Source: Lama glama (lineage: Eukaryota). Taken from it: 64,000 bases of DNA. Made by a program: the position numbers and the translations under genes. The notes under the pieces are model-generated. The model searched no databases. It saw only the letters and a list, made by a program, of their open reading frames with translations, and was not told the origin of the DNA. This document shows positions 13,936-26,285 of this stretch, piece after piece. Location: contig CM052817.1 in NCBI GenBank assembly GCA_028534125.1, forward strand, positions 10,852,001-10,916,000, given 5' to 3'. Within the stretch, counting starts at the first letter, position 1; each line of letters opens with the position of its first letter.

Positions 13936-15325
13936 GACTGCAGAGTTTATCTGCAATGGAAGGTGAGCTCCAAGTGACAAACTGGCTCCAAACAGTGAGA
14001 GTTGCCGGAAGAGAGTAATCCTAGCTCCAAAGGAGGAAGGTAGGAAAAGTAACTCACGGATGAACCTGAATTGGGTAGAAATGTGGGTCCCAGAGGCCCT
14101 TCCCCAGAAACATTGTTAAATACCCTCCCCACCTGCACAGCTTGGGGATTTGCCGCTTGACATTTCATGCCCACTGCCGGCTGCACTACATGAGACAAGA
14201 TGAACACTGCCTAGCATGATTATTATTTAAATTTCTTCTGATGTGAATTTTCCATTTGTTTCCTTTGCCCATTTATACATCAAGGTCTTAAATGACTTTT
14301 TAGCCAAATGCAAAACCACCCCCCTCTGCCTCTTTCTCTTTACTCGACTCTAAGAAAAACCCCAAGCCAGTTCATTCAAACCAATCTGCCAATGACCTTG
14401 TCAATGAGGATACCAAGAGCTATCATCAATTCCTTTTTTAATAAGGATAATGCGTGAGACACGCAGAGGCCTCTCTGGTGGGAGAATCTTTCCCTAGGCC
14501 TTGCGACTATTTTCTTCCCTTTTCACTCAATATCTTTTCATATTACTAACCCAAGACTTCAGTCCTCTCTTTTCAGCTGACAGTTTTGAGTCAGGAATAT
14601 TGTACCGTGTCCTCAGCTCCGAAATCTAATAAGATGGAACATGCTTTTCATGCTCTGTGAGGGTGCAGGGAAGGAGGTGGAGAAGGATGCTCGAGGCCAC
14701 CATCGAGAAGCCCTGCCTCCCTCCGACGTCCTCCCTGGAGGAGAAGACGGGGATATTAGCTTATTATTCAAGGCGCAGCCTGAGAAAGCATGGTGAGCCT
14801 GATGGAATTGAAAAAAACAGTTCAGACCTTCAGAAGATTCCTTGCTGGTATCTCACACCCATGCAGGACTTCACTCTCAGCAAGCCCTATTGTCTTCCCA
14901 TTGGTTGCTCACAGCAATCCTGCCCCCTGGGCAGCTCTATGTTGATAAGAAAACACCTGTTTTTGGAATTTCTATATACACAAAAACACATGGAATTGAA
15001 TCATTTACACCTCGAGAAATAGTCAAGGAATTATATGCTGTGTTAAAATAAGATAGGTTTTCTAGGGATTTCAAAAATGGAAAAGGAGTATGATAAGGAT
15101 TATCCAGCGCAAAATGGGGATTGTTGTTCATTTTCAAAATTACACCACGAATCCCCAAACTAACGGCCTGGACAGGAAGGGTATTTTAATGCCAGCTCTC
15201 TCTGTTGTGCGGGGTGTTGTGTGTGACTCGTCCTATTTGGTCCTCACCTTAAATCAGTAAGGTAGGTATGATTTTTCTCATTTTGAATAGAGAAAACTGA
15301 TGTTTAGAGAGTAAAGTGACAAGTA

Positions 15326-15500
15326 TCAGTGCTTCTCGAACCTACGAGAATCCAGTGAGAATCAAACACCTGTGGACCTTGTTAAGTGGCAGCTCCAGCT
15401 CGATAGGTCTGAGGCAGGGCCTGTCTACTCATCTCTAACAAGCTCCTGAGTTACGCCAAGGCCGCTGTGGCCCAGACCGCTCTTCAGATAACCAGCCTGT
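15326..15500. mobile_element. MER5A-like DNA transposon relic (abuts an antisense MIR at ~15235-15325)
   Basis: cagtgcttctcgaac..cacctgtggaccttgttaa..taggtctgaggcagggcctg..ctaacaagctcc. Confidence 0.65.
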
Positions 15501-15711
15501 ACACTACAACGGTCCTCACTGCTCCTTTCCGGAGTGAACTGGAGCCAGCTGACATATGGACATTGAGGGAGAGAAGGGTGGGCAGGACATACTGAGGGCA
15601 GAGGTGATAGTTAACACAGAATTTAAGGGATTTTTGAAAAATTATTTTTACATAAAGAGATATAGGAGCAAATATGAAAAGTCAAGATGAATGTGAATAT
15701 TCAGAGTAGAG

Positions 15712-16330
15712 GACATTCACTCAGTCTTCCAAGAAATATTTATTGAGCACCTACTATGTGCCAGGGCATGTGAAAGATCCCAGGGTCACAATCTCTTTGG
15801 TGGCTTAAACTCTAGTGTGAGGCAAATAATGACTCAACTAAAATGCATGTGGTAAACAGCAAGGTCCACTGTAGCACACAGGGAACTCTATTCAATACTT
15901 TGTATAACCTATAATGAAAAAGAATATGAAAAGGAATATATATATATGTATATATGTATAATTGAATCACTATGCTGTACACTAGACACTAACACAACAT
16001 TGTAAACTGACTATACTTCAATAAAAAAAGAATGTGTGACTAGAAAAAAAAAAATAAAACACATATGGGAGTGCCGGGGGGAAGACAGGAGCTGCCTCTC
16101 CAGGTCTGTAAAGTCTGACTTCCCCAAAACTCGATGTCCAAGTGAAATTTTAAATCTAAATAAGAGTTGGCCAAGTGATGGTTGCAAGGGAAGGTGGAAT
16201 TTTCCAAGTCAAGAAAAGGATAAGCGTGGATGTTGGGAGGCGGGCAAAGTATGGCTCTGGAGGAACTGAAAATGTTCAGGATTGCTGAAGCGCAGGATGG
16301 ATGACCCTGCAGAAGGATAAGCAGCAGAGA
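15712..16330 (-). mobile_element. L2 LINE, interrupted by a short L1 insertion
   Basis: cattcactcag..aaatatttattgagcacctactatgtgccagg is the canonical antisense L2 3' end; L2-like sequence resumes after 16068. Confidence 0.75.
15853..16054 (+). mobile_element. Short 5'-truncated L1 (3'UTR only, cetartiodactyl-type)
   Basis: taaacagcaaggtcc..cacagggaactctattcaatactttgtataacctataatgaaaaagaatatgaaaagg..aacacaacattgtaaactgactatacttcaataaa followed by an A tail; degenerate 14-bp TSD. Confidence 0.85.
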
Positions 16331-16689
16331 ATAAAGTGTGAGGGGGGCAGAGGGAGGGCATGCTGTCTATTGTTTCCTTCCCAGCTGTTTAGCCAACAGA
16401 CGTTGCCTGGGGACACATATGCTCAAGCAGGAAACTAAGTCCCTGGCACTTGTTCCTTTGATGAGTCTCCATTTAGGAAGGGAACTTTCCTAGCCTTCAA
16501 ACCCCAAGGAAAAGCTCTTAGATGAAGACTTTGGGGAACAATGCCAGGTCACCCCACAGCTTCCGAAATTGGGGGATAATGGCTGAAATGTGACTCATAT
16601 GGAAAGCACTTAGGGATTAGGAGACTGACCCTGATCTGGGGAAGAGCTGGGAAGAACAACCGCCAGGTCAATGGAGCATGGGCTTTGTG

Positions 16690-16915
16690 ACAGCGCTTCC
16701 TGCCAGGTGCTTTACTCACATTTCTCATCTTTACCTTCTCAGTATTCTCCTATGTGTAAACACTATTGCCATCTCTATTTTATAAATAAGGAAACAAAGC
16801 TTTTAGAGAGATGAAGCAACCTTTTTACTTCTCCCATTTCCTTGGCTAGAAATCGCTGAGATTTGATTTGCACCCAAGCTCATCTGAATCTGAAACCCAT
16901 GCTCTTAAACATTTT
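16690..16915 (-). mobile_element. MIR SINE
   Basis: tgccaggtgctttac..ctattttataaataaggaaacaaagc..agagagatgaagcaacc..gatttgcacccaag..catgctcttaaac. Confidence 0.65.
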
Positions 16916-17184
16916 ACAGAATAAAGATGGAAAGGAGAAAGGACACATCTGAAGAGCGGCACGGTGGCTGCTTCCTCAAGACAGTTCTTTGTTTTAAGGC
17001 TCTTAGAGATGGGATGTAGTCCGTTGGTGGCTAAGAGTGATTTGGAAGATCCAGTACTGATTGCACAATTAAGAACAGTGGTCAACATTCACCAACAGCC
17101 TGAACTTGGAGCCAAATCACAGAGGACACAAAGCCAGACGTGGGTCCAGCCTGGAGGTGGATTACAAGGAGTACACAGAGTAAA

Positions 17185-17520
17185 TTTATCAGGATAGACT
17201 GGTTATGCCATGGTAACAAACCCCAAGTCAGAGTGGACTAACAACACAAAGTTGAATTTCTCACTGACAAAATTCAGCCACTGACCCAGGTATCTCTCCA
17301 GGCAACCATTCTCCATGGTGTGGCCTCGAATTCCAAGCTGTTGGAAATGCCACCACTCTCTGCAGCCCCTTTGGTTAACTTAGCAGGGAAGAGCAAGTCC
17401 AGATAATGACATATGTTCCTTTTATTGCCTCCACAATTTTCACTTCTATCCACACAGAACATATCACGTGGCCTCACTTAACTGCAAGGGAACTGAGGAA
17501 TGCTGTACTCCAAGCACTGG
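17185..17520 (-). mobile_element. MLT1 (J/K/L-like) MaLR LTR
   Basis: ttatcaggatagactggttatgccatggtaacaaaccccaa..gtggactaacaacacaaagtt..tcacgtggcctcacttaactgcaaggga. Confidence 0.65.
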
Positions 17521-18934
17521 GAATAGGAAAAGAACTGGACACTGATGGACACTGGGTATGTCTACCATGGGAACCTCTAGAGAGTTCTCAATAACATGCC
17601 CCACTGCACGGTAATTTACTAGAAATCTGCAGTCTGAAAACTGCTCACACCATCCACTGGGGGTATCAGCTGACACAATTGTATTCATTTCATGGTCCCA
17701 AGGCTGTGACTTATTAGACACTGGGTCCTAAGTCCTCTGACTCAAGAAACACCATTCTGAGTCTCTCCCAGAATTGGAACACAAATTTTGGGTGTCTTTA
17801 TGTGTATCGTTAAAATAAATCTTTTAACGCTTACCTGAGCTCAAGTTGAGGTCCACCCTGACCTGCATACTGATACATGTAAACAGTTGGCTCAGATTTA
17901 AAGGCTGACAGCATGAACAATGTCTGCCTAAATTACATAAGGGCCATTTATTTTAAAGATTCAGAAAAAAGTTAATAAAGTCAGGATTCACAGGAGATGG
18001 ATTAGCAACATTCTCCAGGAGTGACTGAGATGCAAGTCACTGAGACCTCCTTCTGGATCCCCAAATCTGAAAGAGAGCGAGATCTCCTCAGAATGTGTGG
18101 AAGTCCAAATATATCTTTGTGAAGAGTCAGCTGTATACACACATGCGGTCCTGCGAGTAGGCTTCTTTGGAAGCATGCGGACACCCTGTCATCAGGGCAG
18201 ATTCAGCTCATTAATCTTAATATTAAATAGGCACCACCCTTACAGAGCGCAGAACAGTTCTGGAAGCTCGGGGAAACAGTCAGCAGCCTTTGAAGGGCCC
18301 CTGCTCAGTGGGGGCCACAGGACACCTAAGACAAGCAGGATTTTCACCTTCAGTGCAGACACTTGAATTCTAAGGAGCAAGAATGAGGTAGGAACCAGGG
18401 TTACATTTCAAACTTCAAAGTTCTTTGCTAAGCAAAATGGGGTCAGGATCTATGATAATCAAAATCCTTAAAGTTCTGCCTTTTCTGTCTTCTTTTTTCC
18501 CTTTTCTCCCCCTTTAATAACACTTGGGGCTGAGAATAAAAGAGAAAAGTTTATATCATCAATCTTTAGTGACAATTGCTCACATGCCACCAGAATACAC
18601 TGAACTCCATCTGTTCTTTCCCTGAGTCTCCTTAAGAGGAGTGATGCCAGCGCCATCATAATTCAGTCACACCAGTTGAGCACATCTTATTGGAAGGGGA
18701 TGGAAATTAAAGACAATCGTCTTAAACAAACGTTTAACAATTTCTTCTGCCCAAGGACCTGAGCAAAGGAGAACAGAAAGGGATAGGGATCATCAGAAAT
18801 GGCACAGGGTAAAACTGAAAGAACTCTATACTCTCTCAAAAGACCTATAAAATCCAGGCTTCGGTTTGTAGATGTGTTGTGTACATTTACTGAGGACAAG
18901 AAAATTTATCCAACAAGTTTTTTTGTCACTGTTT

Positions 18935-20720
18935 GTTTTTAATGTTATAAATTGATTTCTTATAATAACATTTATTCATTTAATTTAGAAAATACAGATA
19001 AGGAAAAAGGAGAAAATTTAAATTATCCATAGTCCTACCACCATGAGAGATAAACTATTGATTTTATAGATGCATATTTGCAGCTATCTATCTATTTACC
19101 CACATAAACACACAATTTTTACAAATTATATTGTCATTTTAGACTCTAAACGACATATCTTCATGGTAAGCAATACTACTATCTTCAATATCCAGTCACC
19201 CTCTACTTTCAGGCCCATTGGACGACTTAACTTCTCTGTCCTCTGAGGTTGGATGTGACCATCAACATTGGCAAATAAAATGTGAGCTGAAGTGACATAT
19301 GTCACTTTGGGATGGATGCATTTTATCTCCAGTAGTGACTGGTTGAACTGCTCTTTCCCTGCTGTGACACGGAGGTGCTGTAAGATGGAAATACCCCGAA
19401 ATGCTATGCCAACACACGGAGGAGACCTGCCCTTGAGAGTCACCAACTCTATATGGATCTTTGGGTAAGACACTGAAAACTCGGGGACAATTACTGCAGC
19501 ATAATCAACTTGATCCCGATCAGTACAATCTTTAGCATTGTTCTGACATTAGCCGTTTTTCTAAAAATGCATTAAAACGCTGAACTATATTTCATCACAA
19601 TTTGTTCAACCAGTCTCTTATTGTTGAATATTTAAATTACTTCCAATTTATAAATAATATTGTACGGGACACACTTTTAGTTATATTTTGCTTATGTTTA
19701 TGGTTATTCTTTAAGTTGCAATTGTAGGGGAAGCCACAGTTCAAAATATATATATATATTTAACCATATATTTTAAAAAATATAGTGCAGAATTATCCTA
19801 CAAAAAAATACTGTTGACAGAATTATCAGTGACATAAAAATAGATGATTCTTTGATATAAATATTTTATCTCTCTATCTCTTAAAGGAGAAAATGGGGCC
19901 CTATGATTTTTTAATTGCAATTCTATGACTTACATACTTTTTCATAATTATATAGGTCATTTGTATTTCCTCTCTTGTGAATTCTCTTTTCATCATTTTT
20001 TAAACTGATTTCTTATTATCTCTCCACTTGTTAAGTATATAATTATTGATATTAGTGAAACAATGATACATTCAATAAAAATTAACCTTTGTCACATGGA
20101 CTGTGAATATTTTTTTCCACTCATTGATTTGGCTGGAAATGCTCCACTGTTATTTATGTTTTTAATGTACAGATGTGTTGATTATTTTATGTGTTGATTA
20201 TTTTGTTTTTCAGGTTATCAAATTTATTACTGTTTATCTTTAAGGTTTTTGCCTCTAGTACCATGTTATAAATACCTTCTTCATCCTCCTCCAAATATAA
20301 ATACTCACATATTTTTCTAGTACTTTATGATTTTGTTTTTATATTTAAATCTTTGATCCATATGGTATGTAAGTTGAATATGGAATAAAGTTCAGATCTA
20401 TTTTTTCCCCAGATGGCTGGTTTTTCTAACATTGCTTATTGAAAAATCCTTCCTTTCCATGTAAGTTTTAAATGCCGTGTTTATCCATATACCAAGTTCT
20501 TGAAAATTCTTGACACTGGTCTTCTGTGTCAGTCCTACTGACCAATCTGTTAGTGTCAAAACTGGTTCCTGGCTGCTTTTAACAGTGCATCTTTACACTC
20601 TTCAATATCTCACATCATATATTGCTATTCCATGGGGGCATTTTCCTGCCTATTTTTAAGTATTTATTTTTCAAGTTGAATTTTTAAAATTCTGTTGAGA
20701 TTTTCATCTTTCCCAGTAAT
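18935..20720 (-). mobile_element. Old L1ME-like antisense fragments (interrupted by MLT1)
   Basis: ttgttgaatatttaaattacttccaattt; tcatttgtatttcctctcttgtgaatt; atatttaaatctttgatccatatgg; ttattgaaaaatccttcctttcc, all typical of antisense L1 ORF2/3'UTR. Confidence 0.65.
19160..19528 (+). mobile_element. MLT1J-like MaLR LTR nested in L1
   Basis: gaggttggatgtgaccat..tggcaaataaaatgtgagctgaagtgacatatgtcactt..ttactgcagcataa..gatcagtaca. Confidence 0.7.
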
Positions 20721-20789
20721 GTTAGTCAAGTCTTATTTAATATCCTTGACCTCATTATGTCATAATGTCATTATCTCATAATGTCCTTG

Positions 20790-21000
20790 ACTCAACAAAT
20801 ATTTACTGAATACTTACTATGAACCAGGAATTGCTAGATCCTGGGATACAAAAAAGAACAAACAGAATTCCTTGGTCTCATGGAGCTTATAGTCTAACAA
20901 GAGACGAGGAAGACAATGAACAAGATAAACAAATACAACAGAGCTTATTAAATACTAGGAAGAATTAAATAGAGAAAATAAAGCTGGGAAGGGAATATGA
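20790..21000 (-). mobile_element. L2 LINE 3' end
   Basis: actcaacaaatatttactgaatacttactatgaaccagg..ctgggataca..tctcatggagcttatagtcta. Confidence 0.8.
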
Positions 21001-21029
21001 AATATCACTGTTGACAGTTTTCACTTACG

Positions 21030-21475
21030 TTCTCTTTGCAGCAGATGCTAAAGGTACAAAAATAAGAGATTTGGGCGGTGGGAGAGATCCTGTGAAGGAC
21101 AGGGCAGCTGGAAAAGGCAGAAGCACCTTCAGACAACAATGAAAGTCTGACACCTATAAAAAAAGAGAGAAGATGGAAAAGAGAGGGAGGAGGAAATGGG
21201 TTAAAAAGAGCCTCCGACTGCTGTGCAGCTCTTAGAAAGTCTCAGCCGAGCTGATGGGGAGCCTCAGTGCAAGGATTGCGCCTTGGAGGACTCCCGCATC
21301 TGGCAGAAATAGACTTGAAACAGTTTCTGGCACCCCGCTGGGCTTGCTCATTGGCTGGGAGCAGCCGGGGGCGTGGCCTTTGCAGGGTGGAGAGCATTCC
21401 ATCCACAGGCGCAGCAGCTGCAGGCATCAGGTTCTACGGAGGGGGGGGGGGAGCCCAGTGGTGACCGCCACAACG
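21030..21475 (-). mobile_element. LTR16-family ERVL LTR
   Basis: cctgtgaagga..ccttcagacaacaatgaaagtctgacacct..agagcctccgactgctgtgcagctct..agaaagtctcagcc..tcattggctgggagcagcc. Confidence 0.75.
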
Positions 21476-22359
21476 TGGGGGGAAGTGTTAACATTTTCCC
21501 TAGGTTGGTTTTGAAGTTTAGTACATGGACCTTGTATATTTCTTATTTACTCATAGCAATTCTAGAATTTGGGTTGATGTTATGAATGAGGTGTTTTTCC
21601 CATGTCATTTGAAATTAATTATTGCTAGTTTGCAGGAAACCTAAAATTTGGGTATTTATTTTATAATATACCACCTTGCTGATTTCCTCCTAATTTGGTT
21701 CTTAGGCTGAGATTCTTACATTATTAAGAACCTCATCACAAATAGATTTTTTTTTCCCCAAAATTTTGCTTCATTTCTTTCCCTTATTGCCAAACCAAGT
21801 TGAACCATAGTGATGGTAGTGGAAATATTCATGTTCATGAGAACGCCTTTAAGTTTTATCATTAAGGATTCTGCTGGATCTCCTCTTCCAAGAACTGTGA
21901 AAAAGACAGTCCTAGATCAATTTTCTAAGAAACTCTAAATTGCCAAAATTAACTTAGGAAGCTGATGTAGGAACATTGCTGTCCCGTGCCTAACTATAGA
22001 ATTGTAGGTAATGAACTCGTATATTCACTGCTCCTCCCTGTCTGTGATCACATCTTTGATCATTCTTAGTGTTTCTGGTTAGCTTTTACTTATTCTTTTC
22101 CTTCATTGGCTTCAAGAAGTTTCCTTCTTTTATGTGCCTTTTCAAAGAACCAATTCTTGAAGTTGCTATCATTTCTGCCTCTTTTTCTTTTCTAATTTAT
22201 TCATTTCTGCTTTTATCTTCGGGATTCCTTGATTTGTTCTTTGCTTAATTTAATTTATTTCCACAGCCTTTTAAAAGAGGGGAAAAAAGTGCTATCTGTT
22301 TGTGCCTTTTATAGCTAACACCAATCTATCTGCATCTCTAATCATAATATTAATAATCA

Positions 22360-22830
22360 CAGGCAGCAGGGGGGTCGTGACCAAAGATGGAGACTCTGGT
22401 CTGTTGCCAATTGCCTAGTTGATATCCCAGCACACCTTTGCCAGCTGTGTGACATGGACAAGCAGTGTCCACGTCTGTAAAATGAGGATCATTTTATTAT
22501 AATAAAACTTACCTCAGAATATTAGTGTGAAGATTAGTTGAGCTAATATTTGTACAGATTTCGGAACAGGCCTGGGCTCACAGGAACTGCTATGTAATAC
22601 ATGAATACATTACATTTGTGCAGTACTTTATCCTTTGCAAAGCATTTTCACATTAATTTTCTCCCTTAGTTATCACGACAACCCCATGAGGCAAACAGTT
22701 CTCATCCCTACTTTATACAGTAACTCCAGCAAGTCGACTTGCTTGAGACCACCAGGTAGTGAATGGAGGAGGTCTGGTGATCCTGTGATCAGTGTGTGGC
22801 TTAGAGCTCAAAGTACCTCTTTTGTTTGGG
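22360..22830. mobile_element. Two MIR SINE fragments in opposite orientation (+ ~22360-22600, - ~22620-22830)
   Basis: cagctgtgtgacatggacaag..tctgtaaaatgaggat..acctcaga..gtgaagatta, followed by gcattttcacat..atcacgacaaccccatgaggc..atccctactttatacag. Confidence 0.65.
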
Positions 22831-23679
22831 GGACTTGGGTGGACACAGAGAGAGGAGTCCATGTTTGGTCCAGCTGATCTAGGTACAAGAGATGAGTTCT
22901 GGTCCTGATGCCTCTCCATCTTCCTCCGTGAGGGTGAACAAGGTACTCTGCTCTGCTGTCCCTCAATTTTCTCAAATCCTAAGTCAGGAAAATAATATCT
23001 TCCCATTTGCTACACAAGGCCACTACAGGGTTCAAAATAAGCTGATGGCAGTGAAATATATGGAAAGCTTATAAAGTTTTCCACGTATGCAAGATATTTT
23101 GCATGTTAAAAGTATCTACCCTACTGCTCTCTTGGTTACACAACTGGGAAGTGAAAACCAGATGTCGAAACAGCTCCAAGACATCATGCCTTCCCCCAAA
23201 TTTTTATGCCCAGGAAACTTCCTCCACCTCTTACTCACACCCAGAGCATCATTGTCTTTGCACTGCAGGAAAAAATAACCTGTACAGTCTCTGAACAGAA
23301 ATCTAATTTCCAATTGGCTTCTCTTGGACTGTCAACAGTGGGTTTCAAAACACAGCAGAATTTTCCACAGGCACTATTTTCCATGGCACACCCAAAACCA
23401 GCAGGAGAGAGAGGGAACCAAAAATTTCCTTTGGCATCTAGCTCTTTATTACATTTGTAAGAGTGTGGGCCACCTGGGGGAAATAATCAAATATAGGAGG
23501 GAAGGGGACAAATCCAATTCTGGGTCACATTACCAGAACTGTTTCTATAAGTATATATTTCCCCAAATTCCAGGAATCATCCCCTGAAATCTTTTGACAG
23601 TTTAATTTATTGTGTTTAAGTTTATTTTTTTTTCCAACAAGAACTGAATCTGTTTGCTAACTACCTAGTCTCTTCTTGA

Positions 23680-24179
23680 NNNNNNNNNNNNNNNNNNNNN
23701 NNNNNNNNNNNNNNNNNNNNNNNNNNNNNNNNNNNNNNNNNNNNNNNNNNNNNNNNNNNNNNNNNNNNNNNNNNNNNNNNNNNNNNNNNNNNNNNNNNNN
23801 NNNNNNNNNNNNNNNNNNNNNNNNNNNNNNNNNNNNNNNNNNNNNNNNNNNNNNNNNNNNNNNNNNNNNNNNNNNNNNNNNNNNNNNNNNNNNNNNNNNN
23901 NNNNNNNNNNNNNNNNNNNNNNNNNNNNNNNNNNNNNNNNNNNNNNNNNNNNNNNNNNNNNNNNNNNNNNNNNNNNNNNNNNNNNNNNNNNNNNNNNNNN
24001 NNNNNNNNNNNNNNNNNNNNNNNNNNNNNNNNNNNNNNNNNNNNNNNNNNNNNNNNNNNNNNNNNNNNNNNNNNNNNNNNNNNNNNNNNNNNNNNNNNNN
24101 NNNNNNNNNNNNNNNNNNNNNNNNNNNNNNNNNNNNNNNNNNNNNNNNNNNNNNNNNNNNNNNNNNNNNNNNNNNNNNN
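23680..24179. other. Assembly gap (500 N)
   Basis: Run of exactly 500 n; same length as the second gap, so likely a placeholder size. Confidence 0.99.
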
Positions 24180-25149
24180 GAAGCGCCCCCTCCCCTTCCA
24201 GGGCTTCCGTCCTTCTGTGGTGAGATGCACGGTTAGGCTAGACCAGAGCACAAATAATTGGCACATGAGCCACCACTCTCCACTTCAGCTCCTGTGACAG
24301 ACGTTACTCACTGATTACAGCCTTCTTTCCCACTGAACTTGGATGCAATTTCTTAAGTATTCGCAACAGCACTCCATACAACCCCACCCATCAATTAAGG
24401 CTGGCATGTGTGAGAGTGGCTCTTTGACTTCTCTAGCCTAGGTAATCTCTAACGTTCCTCAAATTTACTTCTGTCCATAAATCCATCACTGTTTCTGTCT
24501 TGCTGTGTATATTGTTTAGCACACTAAGACAACATGAACAATGGAAGCTTCCAATCTTCCATGAAAGCAGTAGCATAAGAGCCAGGAAGCCTCTAGACAC
24601 TGGGTTCATCCTTACACAGTCCTCTATTGAAACTAACTTCCAGATGGAAAACAAATAATGTTTTAACTACAAATCATCTAAATATTGTTGATAAAAAGAT
24701 CCCGTTAGTTCTAAGAGTAAGACAATACCTGATACCAAGACTGTATTCCAAAAGCAAGCTAAAGTGGAAAAAGTTGGGACAGATTTTAGATTTAAAATAT
24801 TGGCCTCATGGATTGGCTTGTAGTCAACATTTTCTTGAGTAACACATACAGTAAAGATTGCCATGAAATAAGATGACACGTTGAAAATAACATTATCTGA
24901 GCGGTATCATGTCTGGATTTTAGCCAAGCTCAAGGAATATAAAATAAAATTGTTCTTTATGGTAGCCTCATGGCTGGGTATCTGGCTTTTAATGGTTTTG
25001 AAAGAGTAAGAGAGAGGATTTCATATTGATTTTTTTCAAGTGTACTTTTTAATAACACAAATAACCTTCAGTCGCTTATGAGGTATTCCACCAATGTCAT
25101 GAAAGTATAAAACTTCAATGTCCTGTGTGGAAATTCAAACATTTGTTGT

Positions 25150-25625
25150 CTTACCAGGGTCATTGGTTGTAAACAACAGAAATCAACTCTGGTTGATGTA
25201 AATAGGAAGGGAATTTACAGGAGGGTATTGGGATATTCAAGGAGTGGATCTAAAGGCTGGAGAACCAGGAATAAGAAGTGCTGCAGGGGACTTAGAACGG
25301 CCCCAATCCTGTCCCATCACCACAGGCCATGCGCCCCCACCCACTACAGCACTGCTGGACGACGTTGCCCTGGGCACTCACTCCTGTACCAGTAAATTCT
25401 TGAGTCTCTCATAGCTGCCATGAATAATGCCTAACTGTTCCTGTCTCTTTTACCACCTCCTCGTAAGTAAAAGTCCTGGGCAGAAGCTTCTGACTAGCCA
25501 CACTCACATTTTGATCCAGCATCTACCTATCAGCGAGGGGAGATGGAAAATACCCGCCCCTCCTCAAGCTTCTGCCCAAAGGGGAAGGTGTTCAGAAGCT
25601 TGGCAACCCAAATGACTAAAGCCCA
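25150..25625 (-). mobile_element. MLT1 (K/N-like) MaLR LTR
   Basis: cagggtcattggttgtaaacaacagaaatcaactctggttgatgtaaataggaagggaattta. Confidence 0.6.
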
Positions 25626-25699
25626 TGACATCTGTTAAAATGAAATGCCCCCAAATGAACACAAAGTGAATTTCATGTCGGTGAAATACCCCAGTAACA

Positions 25700-25945
25700 A
25701 CTAACTGTCATTTACTGAGCAGCTACTTCCTCCCAGGCCAAGTGCTGGCTACTGTATAGAATCCCTTTCATCTTGTTCAACCCCTTACAACACCCCTAAT
25801 AAGACAGGCACTCTTGTCCTGAAGTTAGGGACAAGGAAAAAGTGCCCAGGGTGGCACAGCTAGTCAACACCAGAGCCAGGAGTCAAAGGAAGGCGTTCCT
25901 GAAACCAGCACCAGAGCCCCTAACCACTATGCACCGCTGCCTCTC
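25700..25945 (-). mobile_element. MIR SINE
   Basis: catttactgagc..ccaggccaagtgct..ccttacaacaccccta..tgcccagggtggcacagctagt..cagagccagga..taaccactatgc. Confidence 0.7.
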
Positions 25946-26169
25946 CATGAACGCTGCACTGTGGCCGGGACCCCTTACCAGGTAGGTGATGAATGTTTGT
26001 TTTGATGCTCCCCTTCAGTAGACATTCATTCAGTAAGTTCTTACCACATATAAGCCACTACCATAGGCACCATGGGGCACATCTGATGTAGCAAAGCCAC
26101 GTCAATCTCTAACTACAATATGAAGGATAATGAAATACTTGCAAGAGACAAATACAAGAGAAGGCATAC

Positions 26170-26285
26170 CCTGCAAATTCCTTGAGGGCAAGGATGGTAT
26201 TTTTCTTGCTCATCTTATATCCTCAGTGCCTCACAGTGCTTGGCCCATAGTGGGCTTTCAGTAAATATTTAATAAATGGATAAAA
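26170..26285 (+). mobile_element. L2 3' end
   Basis: ctgcaaattccttgagggcaagga..tatatcctcagtgcc..cagtgcttggcccatagtggg..cagtaaatatttaataaatg. Confidence 0.75.

Noticed and set aside
23661..24266. Long ORFs (201 aa, 186 aa) in the ORF track
   Set aside because: Artefacts of translating through the 500-N gap.
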